From positions 1,216,001 through 1,280,000 of the forward strand of contig OZ253375.1 in assembly GCA_965261005.1 (NCBI GenBank): a stretch of 64,000 nt of DNA, given 5' to 3'. Under the pieces are notes generated by a model. That model was not told where the DNA came from and did not search any database. It saw nothing but the letters and a program-made list of their open reading frames with translations. The DNA comes from Deinococcus sp. Its GTDB lineage: Bacteria > Deinococcota > Deinococci > Deinococcales > Deinococcaceae. Positions 54,602 through 64,000 of the stretch are shown here, piece by piece. The position numbers and the translations under genes are program-made. The number at the start of each line of letters is the position of its first letter. The stretch's first letter is position 1.

Positions 54602-54626
54602 GGGCGCCCACTTGGGCGCCCTTTTT
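54602..54626 (+). terminator. Rho-independent terminator after rpsI
   Basis: GGGCGCCCA-ct-TGGGCGCCC-TTTTT. Confidence 0.8.
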
Positions 54627-55594
54627 CATTCCCCCAATTCCAGCGTGAACGGCGCCCGTTGACCCGCCTTGGCCGCTTCCAAAGCGGCCTGCGGCGCGAA
54701 GGGAAGCGCGAGGACGGCCGAGTACGCCCGCAGCGCGAGGTCGCGCTCACCCTGCGCGTCGCGCACCTGGCCCAGCCGCGCCAGGACCAAACCGGGCAGC
54801 GTGCGCGGCTGGTCGGTCAGGGCGTGCGCGGCGGCTTCGAGCAGCTCGCGGGCGCTCGCCAAGTCGCCCACGGCCAGGTAGGCGCCGGCGGCGGCGTATT
54901 GAAGCTCGGCCCCCGGGGTGACTGCGTCGCCAGCCTCGCGCAGCAGGGCGTCCACCGTCCCCTGCAAGTCGTCGCCCTCCTCCAAGCGCTCGGCGCGGTC
55001 CGCCAAGGCGCGTAGGCGCGAGCGCTCGCCGGGGGCGAAGCCTGCGAGGTCGGGCAAGTCGGCCCCCGGCAAACTGTCCAGCAAGTCCGGCAGGTCGTCC
55101 AGCGAGACCAGGGCCACGCCCGACCGTCCGGCCAACGCCTCCCGCAAGACCTCCAGCCGCCGCCCCCGGTGGGCGGTGCCCGGCCCCTCGCCGAACAGCT
55201 CGGCCATGCCCGCATGGTACGCCCGCACGGCCCCCAGCAACTCCGGGTCGGTCACGCGCCCCGGCGTGAGCGGTCGGGCGAGTGCCTGTGCGAGTTCGGC
55301 CTCCAAGCGCCCCGCCGAACGCAGCCGCTCGCGGCCAGCGGGATACTGTCCCAGAAATTCCTGCAACTGGGCGGCCTCCGCCTGCGTCCAGCGCCAATCG
55401 GGGGCGAGGTCCACCAAGCTGATCCCGCTCGCCAGCAGCGCGTCGCGTGCGGGGTGCTCTGGGTCCGGGTCGGTCAGCCACAGCAACTCGGTTGCGCCCA
55501 AGCTGCGGACGATCTCGACCAGCGTCGCGGCGTTGTACTGCGGCGATAAGCGCAGCCAATCGCCCACATCGGGCAGCAGCGTGAGGACCGTCAT
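54626..55594 (-). CDS. Hypothetical protein with C-terminal TPR-like helices
   Basis: Host-like codon use; ATG overlaps the upstream stop; LARLGQ.RD..G.R..A...Y. Confidence 0.65.
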   Translation of the reverse strand: MTVLTLLPDVGDWLRLSPQYNAATLVEIVRSLGATELLWLTDPDPEHPARDALLASGISLVDLAPDWRWTQAEAAQLQEFLGQYPAGRERLRSAGRLEAELAQALARPLTPGRVTDPELLGAVRAYHAGMAELFGEGPGTAHRGRRLEVLREALAGRSGVALVSLDDLPDLLDSLPGADLPDLAGFAPGERSRLRALADRAERLEEGDDLQGTVDALLREAGDAVTPGAELQYAAAGAYLAVGDLASARELLEAAAHALTDQPRTLPGLVLARLGQVRDAQGERDLALRAYSAVLALPFAPQAALEAAKAGQRAPFTLELGE

Positions 55595-56463
55595 CGGCCG
55601 GACCACTGCGACCACTGGGTCGTGCGCGTCCGGCGCCGCTCCAGCTCGCTCGCGAAGGCGCGGGGGTCGTGGGGCGTCAGGAACAGGTAGCGGCCCGCGT
55701 ACTCCACCACCACCCCCGGCGCACGCGCCGAGCTGGCGGCGGCGTCCAGCGCCCCCGGCACGCCCCGCCAAGCGAAGCGGCCCACCGCGTAGCCCGGCAG
55801 GCACAGCGCCAGCAGCGGAACGCCCAGCCGCGCGGGGCTGAGCCACACCCGCGTGATCTGGCCGTAGGGGACACGCAGCTCGCCAAAGGCCGTGGACACC
55901 GCCAGGCCCGCCGGCGCGAGCAGGTAGCCGAGGCGCCGGGCGCGCGCCAGCAGCAGCGCGATCAGGGCGCCCAGGCCGCCACACAGCGCCGCCGGGCGCC
56001 AAGCGGGCGGCGGCGCCCGGGAAACCGGGGGCGCGAAGCCCAGCGTCAGCCCCTCGCGCCACGCCGCCACAAAAGCCTCGGGGTCTTCCGGCGTCACGGC
56101 GTAGCGGCGGCCGTCCGCGACGAACACGACGGCCGGGCTGGTACAGTCGCCGTACATCAAGAGCCGGGCGTAGCGCTCGCTGCGGTATTCGCCCACGCAC
56201 GGTCCCGGCCCCAGCGCTTTGCCGTCGGCGCGCCGGAGACCGCGCAGGGCCGTCACCCGCACGTCCTTGACCGCGCCAACCGGGATTTGCACGCTCTTAA
56301 AGTCACCGCTGGCCACCAGCGTGCCCGCGCTGAGCTGGTAGCGCACCCCGCCCAGCCAACCCGGCACGAACAAGAGGGCGGCGGCCAGCGCCAAGAGTAC
56401 GAGCGCAACCGCCCACCACACCGCCCGCCAAAAGCCGCCGACACGCGCGGCAGAAAACTCCAT
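55591..56463 (-). CDS. Membrane protein with two bacterial PH-like domains
   Basis: Two TM+beta units each ending Y..TP.DP.AF. Confidence 0.65.
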   Translation of the reverse strand: MEFSAARVGGFWRAVWWAVALVLLALAAALLFVPGWLGGVRYQLSAGTLVASGDFKSVQIPVGAVKDVRVTALRGLRRADGKALGPGPCVGEYRSERYARLLMYGDCTSPAVVFVADGRRYAVTPEDPEAFVAAWREGLTLGFAPPVSRAPPPAWRPAALCGGLGALIALLLARARRLGYLLAPAGLAVSTAFGELRVPYGQITRVWLSPARLGVPLLALCLPGYAVGRFAWRGVPGALDAAASSARAPGVVVEYAGRYLFLTPHDPRAFASELERRRTRTTQWSQWSGR

Positions 56464-56466
56464 GCC

Positions 56467-57165
56467 TTATGTTAATGGGTCGCGCCCGTCCCAGCTGCCC
56501 CAACTCGCTATGGGCGCGAAGCGCGCGAACAGCTCCTCGCCATACCAACCGAGTTCGCGCGTCTGGTCTATGGCGGCGCGGTGGCCGCTCCCCTTGTAAG
56601 CGTAAGCGCGCACGGCGGCGGCACTGCGCCACAAGCTGAAGGTTGCCTGCATGAGTAAGGGCGCCTCCCCGACGCCGATGGAGGCCAACAAGTCGGGGTT
56701 GTCTCCCAACCCACGTTGCGGGGCGGGCACGGCCGCCCAAAAGGTTCGCAGGTAACGCGGCTTGATGGTCGCGCGGGTCAACACGGCCAGCGGGCCGGTG
56801 TAAGCGGGCGCCGCGTCGAAGCTGGCCTGTCCGAACGGCTCCTCCCCGCCCCAGCGGCCGTGCCAGCGCAGCGGGCGCAAAACGGCGGTGTAGCTTTCGC
56901 TGGCCCGGGACAGTTCATGGCGGCGCCAAGAACTGTCCTCGAACAGTTCCAGGGCCGCCTCACTTTCCCACACCGCGAAGCGCGCCCAGCGCGTCAAATC
57001 GGCGCCCAGCGTCAGGTCGGCGCCGCGCCCGGTGCCCAGCAACCGCACGAAGCGCAGCCCCGGCACGCCGCGCAGGGCCGCGCGGTCACTTCCCATTTTG
57101 GCGAAGCCGGCCAGCGTGCTTAGGCCCGCGTAGCGGTTGATGGTCAGGCTGGCGACGAGAGACAC
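56467..57165 (-). CDS. Spheroidene monooxygenase (CrtA)-like protein
   Basis: GL.F..LLGTG.G, G.W.G, LTRA.I....L..FW, GVGEAP...QATFSLW, H..AI, W..EELFARF; TAGAAT -10 box upstream of GTG. Confidence 0.72.
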   Translation of the reverse strand: MSLVASLTINRYAGLSTLAGFAKMGSDRAALRGVPGLRFVRLLGTGRGADLTLGADLTRWARFAVWESEAALELFEDSSWRRHELSRASESYTAVLRPLRWHGRWGGEEPFGQASFDAAPAYTGPLAVLTRATIKPRYLRTFWAAVPAPQRGLGDNPDLLASIGVGEAPLLMQATFSLWRSAAAVRAYAYKGSGHRAAIDQTRELGWYGEELFARFAPIASWGSWDGRDPLT

Positions 57166-57225
57166 GCCCGATATTCTAGAGGGAACCGGCATTCCAGAGG
57201 GGCGCGGCGGGGTTAAATTGTCCTC

Positions 57226-58644
57226 ATGCGCCCAACCGTACTTCTCTCCCTCGCCCTGCTGGCTCAAAGCGCGACGGCCGCCTCCCCTTGGCGCGGCCAG
57301 ATCATCTACCAAGTCATGCCCGACCGCTTCGCGGACGGCGATCCGGGCAACAACGCTCCCGTGGACAAGGCCGACGCGCGCGCTTGGCACGGCGGCGACC
57401 TCCGGGGACTGACGGGCAAGCTCGGCTACATTCGGGACCTCGGCGCGACCGCCGTGTGGCTGACACCGGTGTACCGCCAGATGGACGGCATGGTGAGCGG
57501 TGCGCGCGGCTACCACGGCTACTGGCCGCAGGACTTTGGGAACGTGGACCCTCACTTCGGCACGCTGGACGACTTCCGCGCCTTTGTCAAGAGCGCCCAC
57601 GCGGACGGCCTGAAGGTGATGCTCGACCAGGTCATCAACCACTTCGGCTACACCACCCCCACCGTGGACGAGAAGCCGAGCTGGTTTCACTCCAGCGCCA
57701 CCTGTAAGGCGAAGGGCAACGACGACGTGTACTGCCCCATCTTCGGTTTGCCCGACCTCGCGTAGGAAAACCCGCAGGTGCGCGACTTTCTGTTCGCGGC
57801 GGGCGACTTTTGGCGCGGCATGGGCGTGGACGCCTTCCGCTACGACGCCATCAAGCACGTGCCGCAGGACTTTCTGGGGGCGCTGCTGGCGCGCGACCGT
57901 GGGGCCGGCACCTTCACGCTGGGCGAGTATTACGGCGCGGACGCCTCCACCATCGCCCAGTACCAAAAGCTCGGCTTCGGCTCGCTGTTCGACTTCGCCC
58001 TTCAGGGCGCCATGCAGGCCAGCGTGATAGGTGGCCAGGACTTGGGGGGCGTGCGCGAGGTGCTGTCGCGCCAGGGTGAGGTGCCCGACTCCGACGACGT
58101 GGCGCTGTTTCTCGACAACCACGACTTGCCGCGCTTCGCCAGCGGCAGCCTGTTCGAGGACGAGGGCAAAGGGCGCACCAAGTACGGTCTGCGCGCCCTG
58201 ATGACCCTGCGCGGCATTCCGGTGATCTGGCAAGGCACCGAGATCGCCATGCGCGGCGGCGCCGACCCCGACAACCGGCGCGACATGCGCTTCCCCGACC
58301 AGTGGACCCCCGGCGAACGGTCGGTCTTCGTGGTCGCGAAGGGGGCCATCGCCGTTCGGAGGGCCAGCCCCGCCCTGTCAGGCGGCGACCTGACGCTGCT
58401 GCCCGTGCCAAGCAAGCTTGAGGGCGACCCGCTGCTGTTCACCCGGCAATCGGGCGACGAGAAAGTGTTGGTGGCCTGGCACAACGGGAGAGAGCGTCAA
58501 AGCTACAGCCTGAAGAACACGGACCTGGGCAGCTTGCCCGTTCAGATGGACCTGTTCGGCCAGGACGCCAAGCTGAGCGCGGGGAATGGCTACCTGAACC
58601 TGTCTCTACCCCCCCAAACGGCGGCCGTGTTCAAACTGAACTAA
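57226..58644 (+). pseudogene. Secreted GH13 alpha-amylase interrupted by an in-frame TAG
   Basis: IYQVMPDRF, GGDL.G, YHGYW, NH, LPDLA*ENP (TAG 57763-57765), same frame continues FRYDAIKHV, GE, FLDNHD. Confidence 0.88.
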
Positions 58645-58648
58645 AAAG

Positions 58649-58683
58649 CCCTCCCCCCTTGAGGGGGAGGGTTGGGAGGGGGG
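58649..58683. repeat. GC hairpin plus purine mirror repeat between convergent genes
   Basis: CCCTCCCCC-cttga-GGGGGAGGG-tt-GGGAGGGGGG. Confidence 0.6.
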
Positions 58684-58688
58684 TTCCC

Positions 58689-60017
58689 TCAGCGCTTCTT
58701 CAGCTGCGCCAGTTGGTCGGCCAACTGCTTGTTGGCCTCGACGTTCAGGCTGTCCAGGGTGCTCTTGACGTCGGCCCCCTGCACGATGGAGGCCATGCTC
58801 TTGGCCGTCAGGGTGCGCACGGCGTCGTAGCCGGGCACGGCGGGCTCAGAGGTGGTGTAATTCAGCAACCCGAAGCCGGTCTTGTAGGCCGGGTTCTTGG
58901 CGAAGTAGTCGCCGAGCTTGGCGGCCACGCTGCGGCGGACGGGAAAGTAGTTGCTGCCCTGCGCCCACTGGCTTTGCGCCTCGGGACCGGCCCAATACTT
59001 CACGAACAGCCAGGCGGCGAGTTCGCGCTTTTTGTCGCCGGTATCGGGCAAGCTGACGCTGGCGCCGTAGATGTTCTGCACCGGCCGCTCGGTGGTGTGC
59101 GGCAGGGCGGCCACGCTCCAAGCAAATTTGGCGCCGTCGTTCACCGCGCTGCCGTAGTAGGTGAGGCCCGAGGTGCTGCCGACCGCGAACAGCAGCTGCC
59201 CGGCGCCGAAGTCGGTCTGGTCGCCGTAGTTCTCGGTCACGACCTTGGCGCAGCCCTGCTTGAAGAGGCTTTGCAAAAAGGTCATGGCCTTCACCGCGGC
59301 GGGGTCGTTGAGGGTGTACTTGTTCGCCCCCGCGTCGTAAATGTCGCCGCCGTAAGCGTAGGTCCACGAGGCGAAGCGCGAGGCGTCGAGGCTCAGTTCA
59401 TAGCCGACGCTGGTCTTACTCTTGGCCCTCGCGAAAGGCTGCTTGCTGGCCGCGCAGGCCATCTTCTGAAACTGGGTGGGCGTGGTGGGCGGCGCGTTGA
59501 AGCCGAGCTGCTTGAGCCAGTCCGCGTTGTAGTACATCGCCTCTAAGGAGCGCTGCACCGGAAAGCCGAGGCGCTGCCCATTGAAGACCGGGAACACGTC
59601 CGCCTTGTAGATGCCGGAAAAGAAGTCCTTTTGGGCGCTTGGCGAAAGGCCCCACTTCTGGCTGTTCACCAAGGGATTGAGGTCTAAGAGGGCGCCCGCG
59701 AGTTGGTAGCTGGCCGCCTGGTTTTGGTAGGCGACCACCAAGTCGGGCACGGCCGGCGTGCCCAGCAAGGGCAACATCTTTTGATAGATGTCGGCGTAGT
59801 TGCCTTGAAACTGCGGCTTGACGGTGACGCCGTACTTGTTGGTCTTATTGAAGTCGGCGACGATCCGCTGCAACACCTTTTCGGGGGTGCCGGTCAATTG
59901 GTGCCAAAAGGTCACGGTCTGGCCGCTGGGGTCCACGCCCCCGTAGGTGTCGCTTTGGGCCAAAGCGCCGCCGAGGAGGGCCAGGCCGAGCAGGGTGAGC
60001 AAGTTCTTGTTCCGCAT
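58689..60017 (-). CDS. Carbohydrate ABC transporter substrate-binding protein
   Basis: Signal peptide; V.FWH, FN...., P...S...YYN, GAS. Confidence 0.9.
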   Translation of the reverse strand: MRNKNLLTLLGLALLGGALAQSDTYGGVDPSGQTVTFWHQLTGTPEKVLQRIVADFNKTNKYGVTVKPQFQGNYADIYQKMLPLLGTPAVPDLVVAYQNQAASYQLAGALLDLNPLVNSQKWGLSPSAQKDFFSGIYKADVFPVFNGQRLGFPVQRSLEAMYYNADWLKQLGFNAPPTTPTQFQKMACAASKQPFARAKSKTSVGYELSLDASRFASWTYAYGGDIYDAGANKYTLNDPAAVKAMTFLQSLFKQGCAKVVTENYGDQTDFGAGQLLFAVGSTSGLTYYGSAVNDGAKFAWSVAALPHTTERPVQNIYGASVSLPDTGDKKRELAAWLFVKYWAGPEAQSQWAQGSNYFPVRRSVAAKLGDYFAKNPAYKTGFGLLNYTTSEPAVPGYDAVRTLTAKSMASIVQGADVKSTLDSLNVEANKQLADQLAQLKKR

Positions 60018-60089
60018 GAAAAGCTCCTTTGGAGAGGGTTGGGACAGACGGGTTCAGGAGAGCGCTTCTGTGTCAGGCGAAGGTCAAGC

Positions 60090-61001
60090 CTAGCCCTTCA
60101 GACCTGACGTGGCGATGCCCTCGGTGAACTGCTTCTGGGTCAGGAAGTAGATGATCAGCACCGGCACAATGGCGATCACCGAGCCGGCCATCAGCAGCTG
60201 CGTCTGCGGTCCCGCCTCGGTGATGAAGCTGTAGAGGCCGACCGTCAGGGGACGCCACTTGGGCGTGAAGGTGACCAGCAACGGCCACAAAAACGAGTTC
60301 CACGACGCGATAAAGGTCAGCAGCGTGACGGTCAAGACCACCGGCTTGCTCATCGGCAGCACGATGGAGGTCAGAAAGCGCAAATGGCCCGCCCCGTCGA
60401 GCTGGGCGGCGTCGAAGAGTTCGTTCGGAATGCGCGCAAAGAATTGGCGCAGCAGGAAGATCGAAAAGGCGTTCGCCATAAAGGGCACCGTCAGCGCCTG
60501 GAGGGTGTCGAGCCAGACGCCCCCCGGCAGCGGGAAGATGCTGCCCCGGATGATCAGGAAGTTAGGGATAAAGGTGACCGTCTCGGGAATCATCAGCGTG
60601 GCGAGCAGCACCAGAAAGATCACGTTGCGCCCGACAAATGGGATGCGCGCGAAGGCGTAGGCGGCCAGCAGCGAGGTGAACAGCAGCCCCACGATGGTCA
60701 GCGCGCTGATGATGACGCTGTTGACAAAATACTTGTCGAAGTCCCCCTGCACCCAGGCCTGCGCGTAGTTGCTCAGCTGCGGCGAGGCGGGCACGAGGCG
60801 GCGATTGATGGTCTCGCCCAGGGTCATCAGGGAGGTGGAGACCATGTAAAAAAAGGGCGTCACCGCCAGCAGCGCGCCGATGACCAGCACGACGTACATG
60901 GGCACATGGGCTGCCTGAAAGCGGTACGGCTCGACGCCGACGCGCGCCTGCGCCCGACGTTCGCGCCGGGAAGCTGGCGCCTGCATGGTGGGTTCAGCCA
61001 T
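60090..61001 (-). CDS. Carbohydrate ABC transporter permease
   Basis: IFLLRQFF..IP.EL.DAA.LDG (EAA loop), WNSFLWP, QKQF.EG...SGLKG. Confidence 0.93.
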   Translation of the reverse strand: MAEPTMQAPASRRERRAQARVGVEPYRFQAAHVPMYVVLVIGALLAVTPFFYMVSTSLMTLGETINRRLVPASPQLSNYAQAWVQGDFDKYFVNSVIISALTIVGLLFTSLLAAYAFARIPFVGRNVIFLVLLATLMIPETVTFIPNFLIIRGSIFPLPGGVWLDTLQALTVPFMANAFSIFLLRQFFARIPNELFDAAQLDGAGHLRFLTSIVLPMSKPVVLTVTLLTFIASWNSFLWPLLVTFTPKWRPLTVGLYSFITEAGPQTQLLMAGSVIAIVPVLIIYFLTQKQFTEGIATSGLKG

Positions 61002-62145
61002 AAAACACCTTCCGACCGAAAAAGCGAAACTGCATCAGCGTGATCGCCAAAATCACGAAGAACAGCAAAAAGGACTGCGCGGCGGCCAAGCCGTAGTTGT
61101 TGTTTTGGTAAAAGGTGTCGAAGATGGTCAGGCTGACGGTATCCACCGTCCCCTGCGCCGAAGGGACCCGCATCACGTAGAGGTGGTTAAAGGCTTGCAA
61201 GGTGCCGATGAAGCCGACCAGCGTCAGATAGAAGATCACCGGCGACAGCAGCGGAATGGTGACGTTGGTGAACTTCTGAACGCCGCTGGCGCCGTCAATC
61301 TCGGCCGCCTCGTAGAGGTCGCGCGGGATGTCGCCCAGACCCGCCAGGAAGATGACGACGTTGTAGCCGACGTAGGTCCAGACACCGAACAGGATGATGG
61401 TGACGAGGGCCAGGCTCGGGCCGCCCACGTTCCAGCCGAACAAAGCTTGCAACCACGGGCGCGGCTCGAACAGCCACTGCTGCGGCGCCAGGTGCAGCCA
61501 GCCGAGCACGGTGTTGGCAAGGCCGGTTTCACGGGGGGAGAACAGCGAGCGGAAGACCACCGCCGTGGCGACCACCGGCGTGATGTACGGCAAAAAGTAC
61601 AGCATGCGGAACAGCTCCTGGCCGCGCAGCTTCTGATGCAGAATGGTCGCCAACACCAGCGAGAGCACGATTTGCAGCGGCACGGTGCCCAGGGCGTAGT
61701 ACAGCGTGACGATAAAGGAGCGCAGAAACGCGGCGTCGCCCGCGCGGCTCATGGCGTTCCAGCCGAGGGCAATCGCCACGCCCGCCAGCATCAGCGTGAG
61801 GGCGCCACCCCACTTGAGCCACGAGAGGCGGGAGAAGCGCCGCGCCGCGTCGGTCCACAGCCAGTGGGCCGCCAAAATCAGCAGGATGCCGGCGACAAAG
61901 GCCAGGGCGCCGCCCCAGTTGCCGACCAGCTGGGTGTAGTTCTCCAGGCCGACGAAGCCGAGCTGCCGCACGCGCCAGTTGTACAAGCTCATGTACAGCG
62001 CGTAGCCGATGGGGAAAATGCCGAAGACGCCGATGAGCAGGAGGGCCGGCAGCACGAACAGGTAGCCGGCGCGCTGGTCGCGCCAGTTGACGCGCGGGCG
62101 CCCAGAGCGCGCCGGCGGTGAGGAAGTGGGCAGCACCTTGGTCAT
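60994..62145 (-). CDS. Carbohydrate ABC transporter permease
   Basis: FVGLENY, FLAGL..IP.DLYEAA.IDGA, T.PLLSP. Confidence 0.93.
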   Translation of the reverse strand: MTKVLPTSSPPARSGRPRVNWRDQRAGYLFVLPALLLIGVFGIFPIGYALYMSLYNWRVRQLGFVGLENYTQLVGNWGGALAFVAGILLILAAHWLWTDAARRFSRLSWLKWGGALTLMLAGVAIALGWNAMSRAGDAAFLRSFIVTLYYALGTVPLQIVLSLVLATILHQKLRGQELFRMLYFLPYITPVVATAVVFRSLFSPRETGLANTVLGWLHLAPQQWLFEPRPWLQALFGWNVGGPSLALVTIILFGVWTYVGYNVVIFLAGLGDIPRDLYEAAEIDGASGVQKFTNVTIPLLSPVIFYLTLVGFIGTLQAFNHLYVMRVPSAQGTVDTVSLTIFDTFYQNNNYGLAAAQSFLLFFVILAITLMQFRFFGRKVFYG

Positions 62146-62285
62146 GCGCTCAACCGGCCCCTTGCGGTGGGCGCGCCGCCACGACATACGCGAGTTTCAC
62201 TTCCCGATTTTGTCAGGTTCACGTCAGCAGCTTGTCAATTGGTCTAACACTTCGCCCCCAGCGGGCTTGGCGTATGCTGCCAGGC

Positions 62286-62969
62286 ATGAGCGAAGCTGGC
62301 GCCCTGAGGGCCGTGCTGTTCGACCGCGACGACACCCTGAGCCGCACCGACGCGAACGTATACCGGGAGGCGGCGCGCTGGCTGCACGACCGTTATGGAA
62401 TCGAGCCGAGGCGCGGCGCCCAGCAGATGCTGGCCCAGTGGGCGTCGGTGCTGGGGCGGTGGGAACACCTGCGCACGCTGGAGGATGAGGAGGTCTTTTG
62501 GCGAACCTACGCCGCCGAGCTGGCCGGGCGCCTCGACTTGCCCGTGGAGGCGGCCACCGAGCTGCTGCGCGAATGGCCTTACTGGCGCTTTCTGGTGCCG
62601 GTGCCGGGCGCGCGCGAGGTGCTGAGCGAATTGCGCTCACGCGGCCTCAAGATCGGCGTCCTGAGCAATACCCTGCCCAACGTGGGGGCGACCTTGCAGG
62701 CCATCGGCGTGGCGGATTTGGTGGACGTGGCGCTGGCGACCTGCACCCTCGGCGTCCACAAGCCCGAGGAGCGCGCCTTTTTACTCGCGGCGCAGGCGCT
62801 GGAGATGGCCCCCTCCGAGGTGATGTTCGTGGACGACCGCCCCGAGAACGTGTTGGCGGCGCGTGCGGTGGGCATGCGCGCCCTCCTGATCGACCACGAC
62901 GCCAAGCTGCCGGAGGCCATTCACCGCCTGGACGCTGTGCTGGGGGAGCTGGAAGGGCCAGCCGCATGA
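62286..62969 (+). CDS. HAD-family hydrolase
   Basis: LFDRDDTL, LSN, KPE..F, FVDD..EN; TATGCT -10 box 7 nt upstream. Confidence 0.88.
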   Translation: MSEAGALRAVLFDRDDTLSRTDANVYREAARWLHDRYGIEPRRGAQQMLAQWASVLGRWEHLRTLEDEEVFWRTYAAELAGRLDLPVEAATELLREWPYWRFLVPVPGAREVLSELRSRGLKIGVLSNTLPNVGATLQAIGVADLVDVALATCTLGVHKPEERAFLLAAQALEMAPSEVMFVDDRPENVLAARAVGMRALLIDHDAKLPEAIHRLDAVLGELEGPAA

Positions 62970-63973
62970 TCGTGGACGCCCACCTCGACCTCGCCTACAA
63001 CGCCATGCTGGGCCGCGACCTCACCCTCAGCCTGGCGGACCTGCGGGCGAGCGACCCTCTAAGCGACCTGGCCGCCGTCAGCTTCGACTCATTGCGCGAG
63101 GGCGGCGTCGGGCTGTGCCTGGGCACCCTCTTCGCCATGCCGCAGGATGAGGCGCATCCGTGGGGCTACGGGGATTGGCGCGGCGCGCGGGAGCAGATGA
63201 AGCGCCAGTTAGAAATCTACCTGCGCTGGCAGGACGGTGGGCACATCGTTCTGCTGACGGACGGGGCGCAGATCGCGGCACACGCGAGGGGCTGGAGCGG
63301 CGACCCCTCTTCCGAAAGCACCGCTCCGCTCGGCGTGGTCCTGCTGATCGAGGGCGCCGAAGGGCTAAAGGACGCGGACGACTTGCCAGAGTGGGTCTCA
63401 CAGGGCGTGCGGGTGCTGGGACCGGCCTGGGCGCGGGGCAACCGCTTCACCGGCGGCAACCACGAGCCAGCCCCCCTGACGGGGCGCGGCGAGGACTTGC
63501 TGACCGCCATGCGCGAGCTGAACGTGACGCTCGACGTTTCTCACCTGCCCGAAGTTGCCTTTGAACGGGCCTCGCAATTACAGCCCAAGCTGATCGCCAC
63601 CCACAGCAACGCCCGCTCCCTGGTGCCGGGCGAGCGGCAGCTGAGCGGCGGAATGCTGGAAACGGTGGCGCAGCTCGGCAGCGTGGTCGGCACGGTCCTC
63701 TACGACAAGTTCCTCAAAAACGGCTGGGAGCGCGGCGATGCCCGGCCACCGCTCGAAATCGTGGGCGAGATGGTGGAGGCGCTGGCCGGGGTGGTCGGCT
63801 GGGACAAAATAGGAATCGGCTCCGACCTCGACGGCGGCTTCGGCGTTCACGAGCTGCCGCGCGGGCTGGAGAGCGCGGCGGACCTGCCGAGCATCGGTGA
63901 GGTGCTGCCGGACGAACACCGGGACGCGGTGCTGGGCGGCAACTGGCTGAGGTGGCTGGGAAAGAACCTTTAG
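62966..63973 (+). CDS. Membrane dipeptidase (M19)-family protein
   Basis: DAHLD, EGA, DVSH, THSN, IGSD.DG, GGNW.R. Confidence 0.9.
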   Translation: MIVDAHLDLAYNAMLGRDLTLSLADLRASDPLSDLAAVSFDSLREGGVGLCLGTLFAMPQDEAHPWGYGDWRGAREQMKRQLEIYLRWQDGGHIVLLTDGAQIAAHARGWSGDPSSESTAPLGVVLLIEGAEGLKDADDLPEWVSQGVRVLGPAWARGNRFTGGNHEPAPLTGRGEDLLTAMRELNVTLDVSHLPEVAFERASQLQPKLIATHSNARSLVPGERQLSGGMLETVAQLGSVVGTVLYDKFLKNGWERGDARPPLEIVGEMVEALAGVVGWDKIGIGSDLDGGFGVHELPRGLESAADLPSIGEVLPDEHRDAVLGGNWLRWLGKNL

Positions 63974-64000
63974 GGCCGCAAGGCGAGCCAGCCCACGAGC

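Overview
High-GC (~70%) chromosomal segment, most likely from a Deinococcus-like bacterium. Supporting signs are a DdrA/Rad52-like gene, homoisocitrate dehydrogenase, pilMNO-(W)-Q followed by aroCKBQ, and many leaderless TAnnnT promoters. Most of the window is housekeeping: cdaA-cdaR, def-fmt, tyrA, an ExeM-type nuclease, bshC, darA, rex, rlmN, mutS2, pil/aro, rplM-rpsI and a sugar ABC transporter. The notable part is a ~11 kb defence-type island just after tRNA-Phe (9550-9625). Its ancestral operon appears to be: Eco57I/type IIG-like N6-adenine methyltransferase -> Tas1/Apk-like RelA/SpoT-fold nucleotide synthetase -> small putative immunity protein -> PLD-nuclease/SNF2-helicase fusion, i.e. 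an R-M-like system with an embedded alarmone-toxin/antitoxin pair. The methyltransferase was split by a low-GC EcoRI-like R-M cassette carried between two IS630 ends. One IS copy is full length but has a nonsense codon; the other survives only as a 37-bp end relic at a deletion junction. A decayed Pnkp RNA-repair gene closes the island. All family assignments come from reading motifs by eye; no searches were run.
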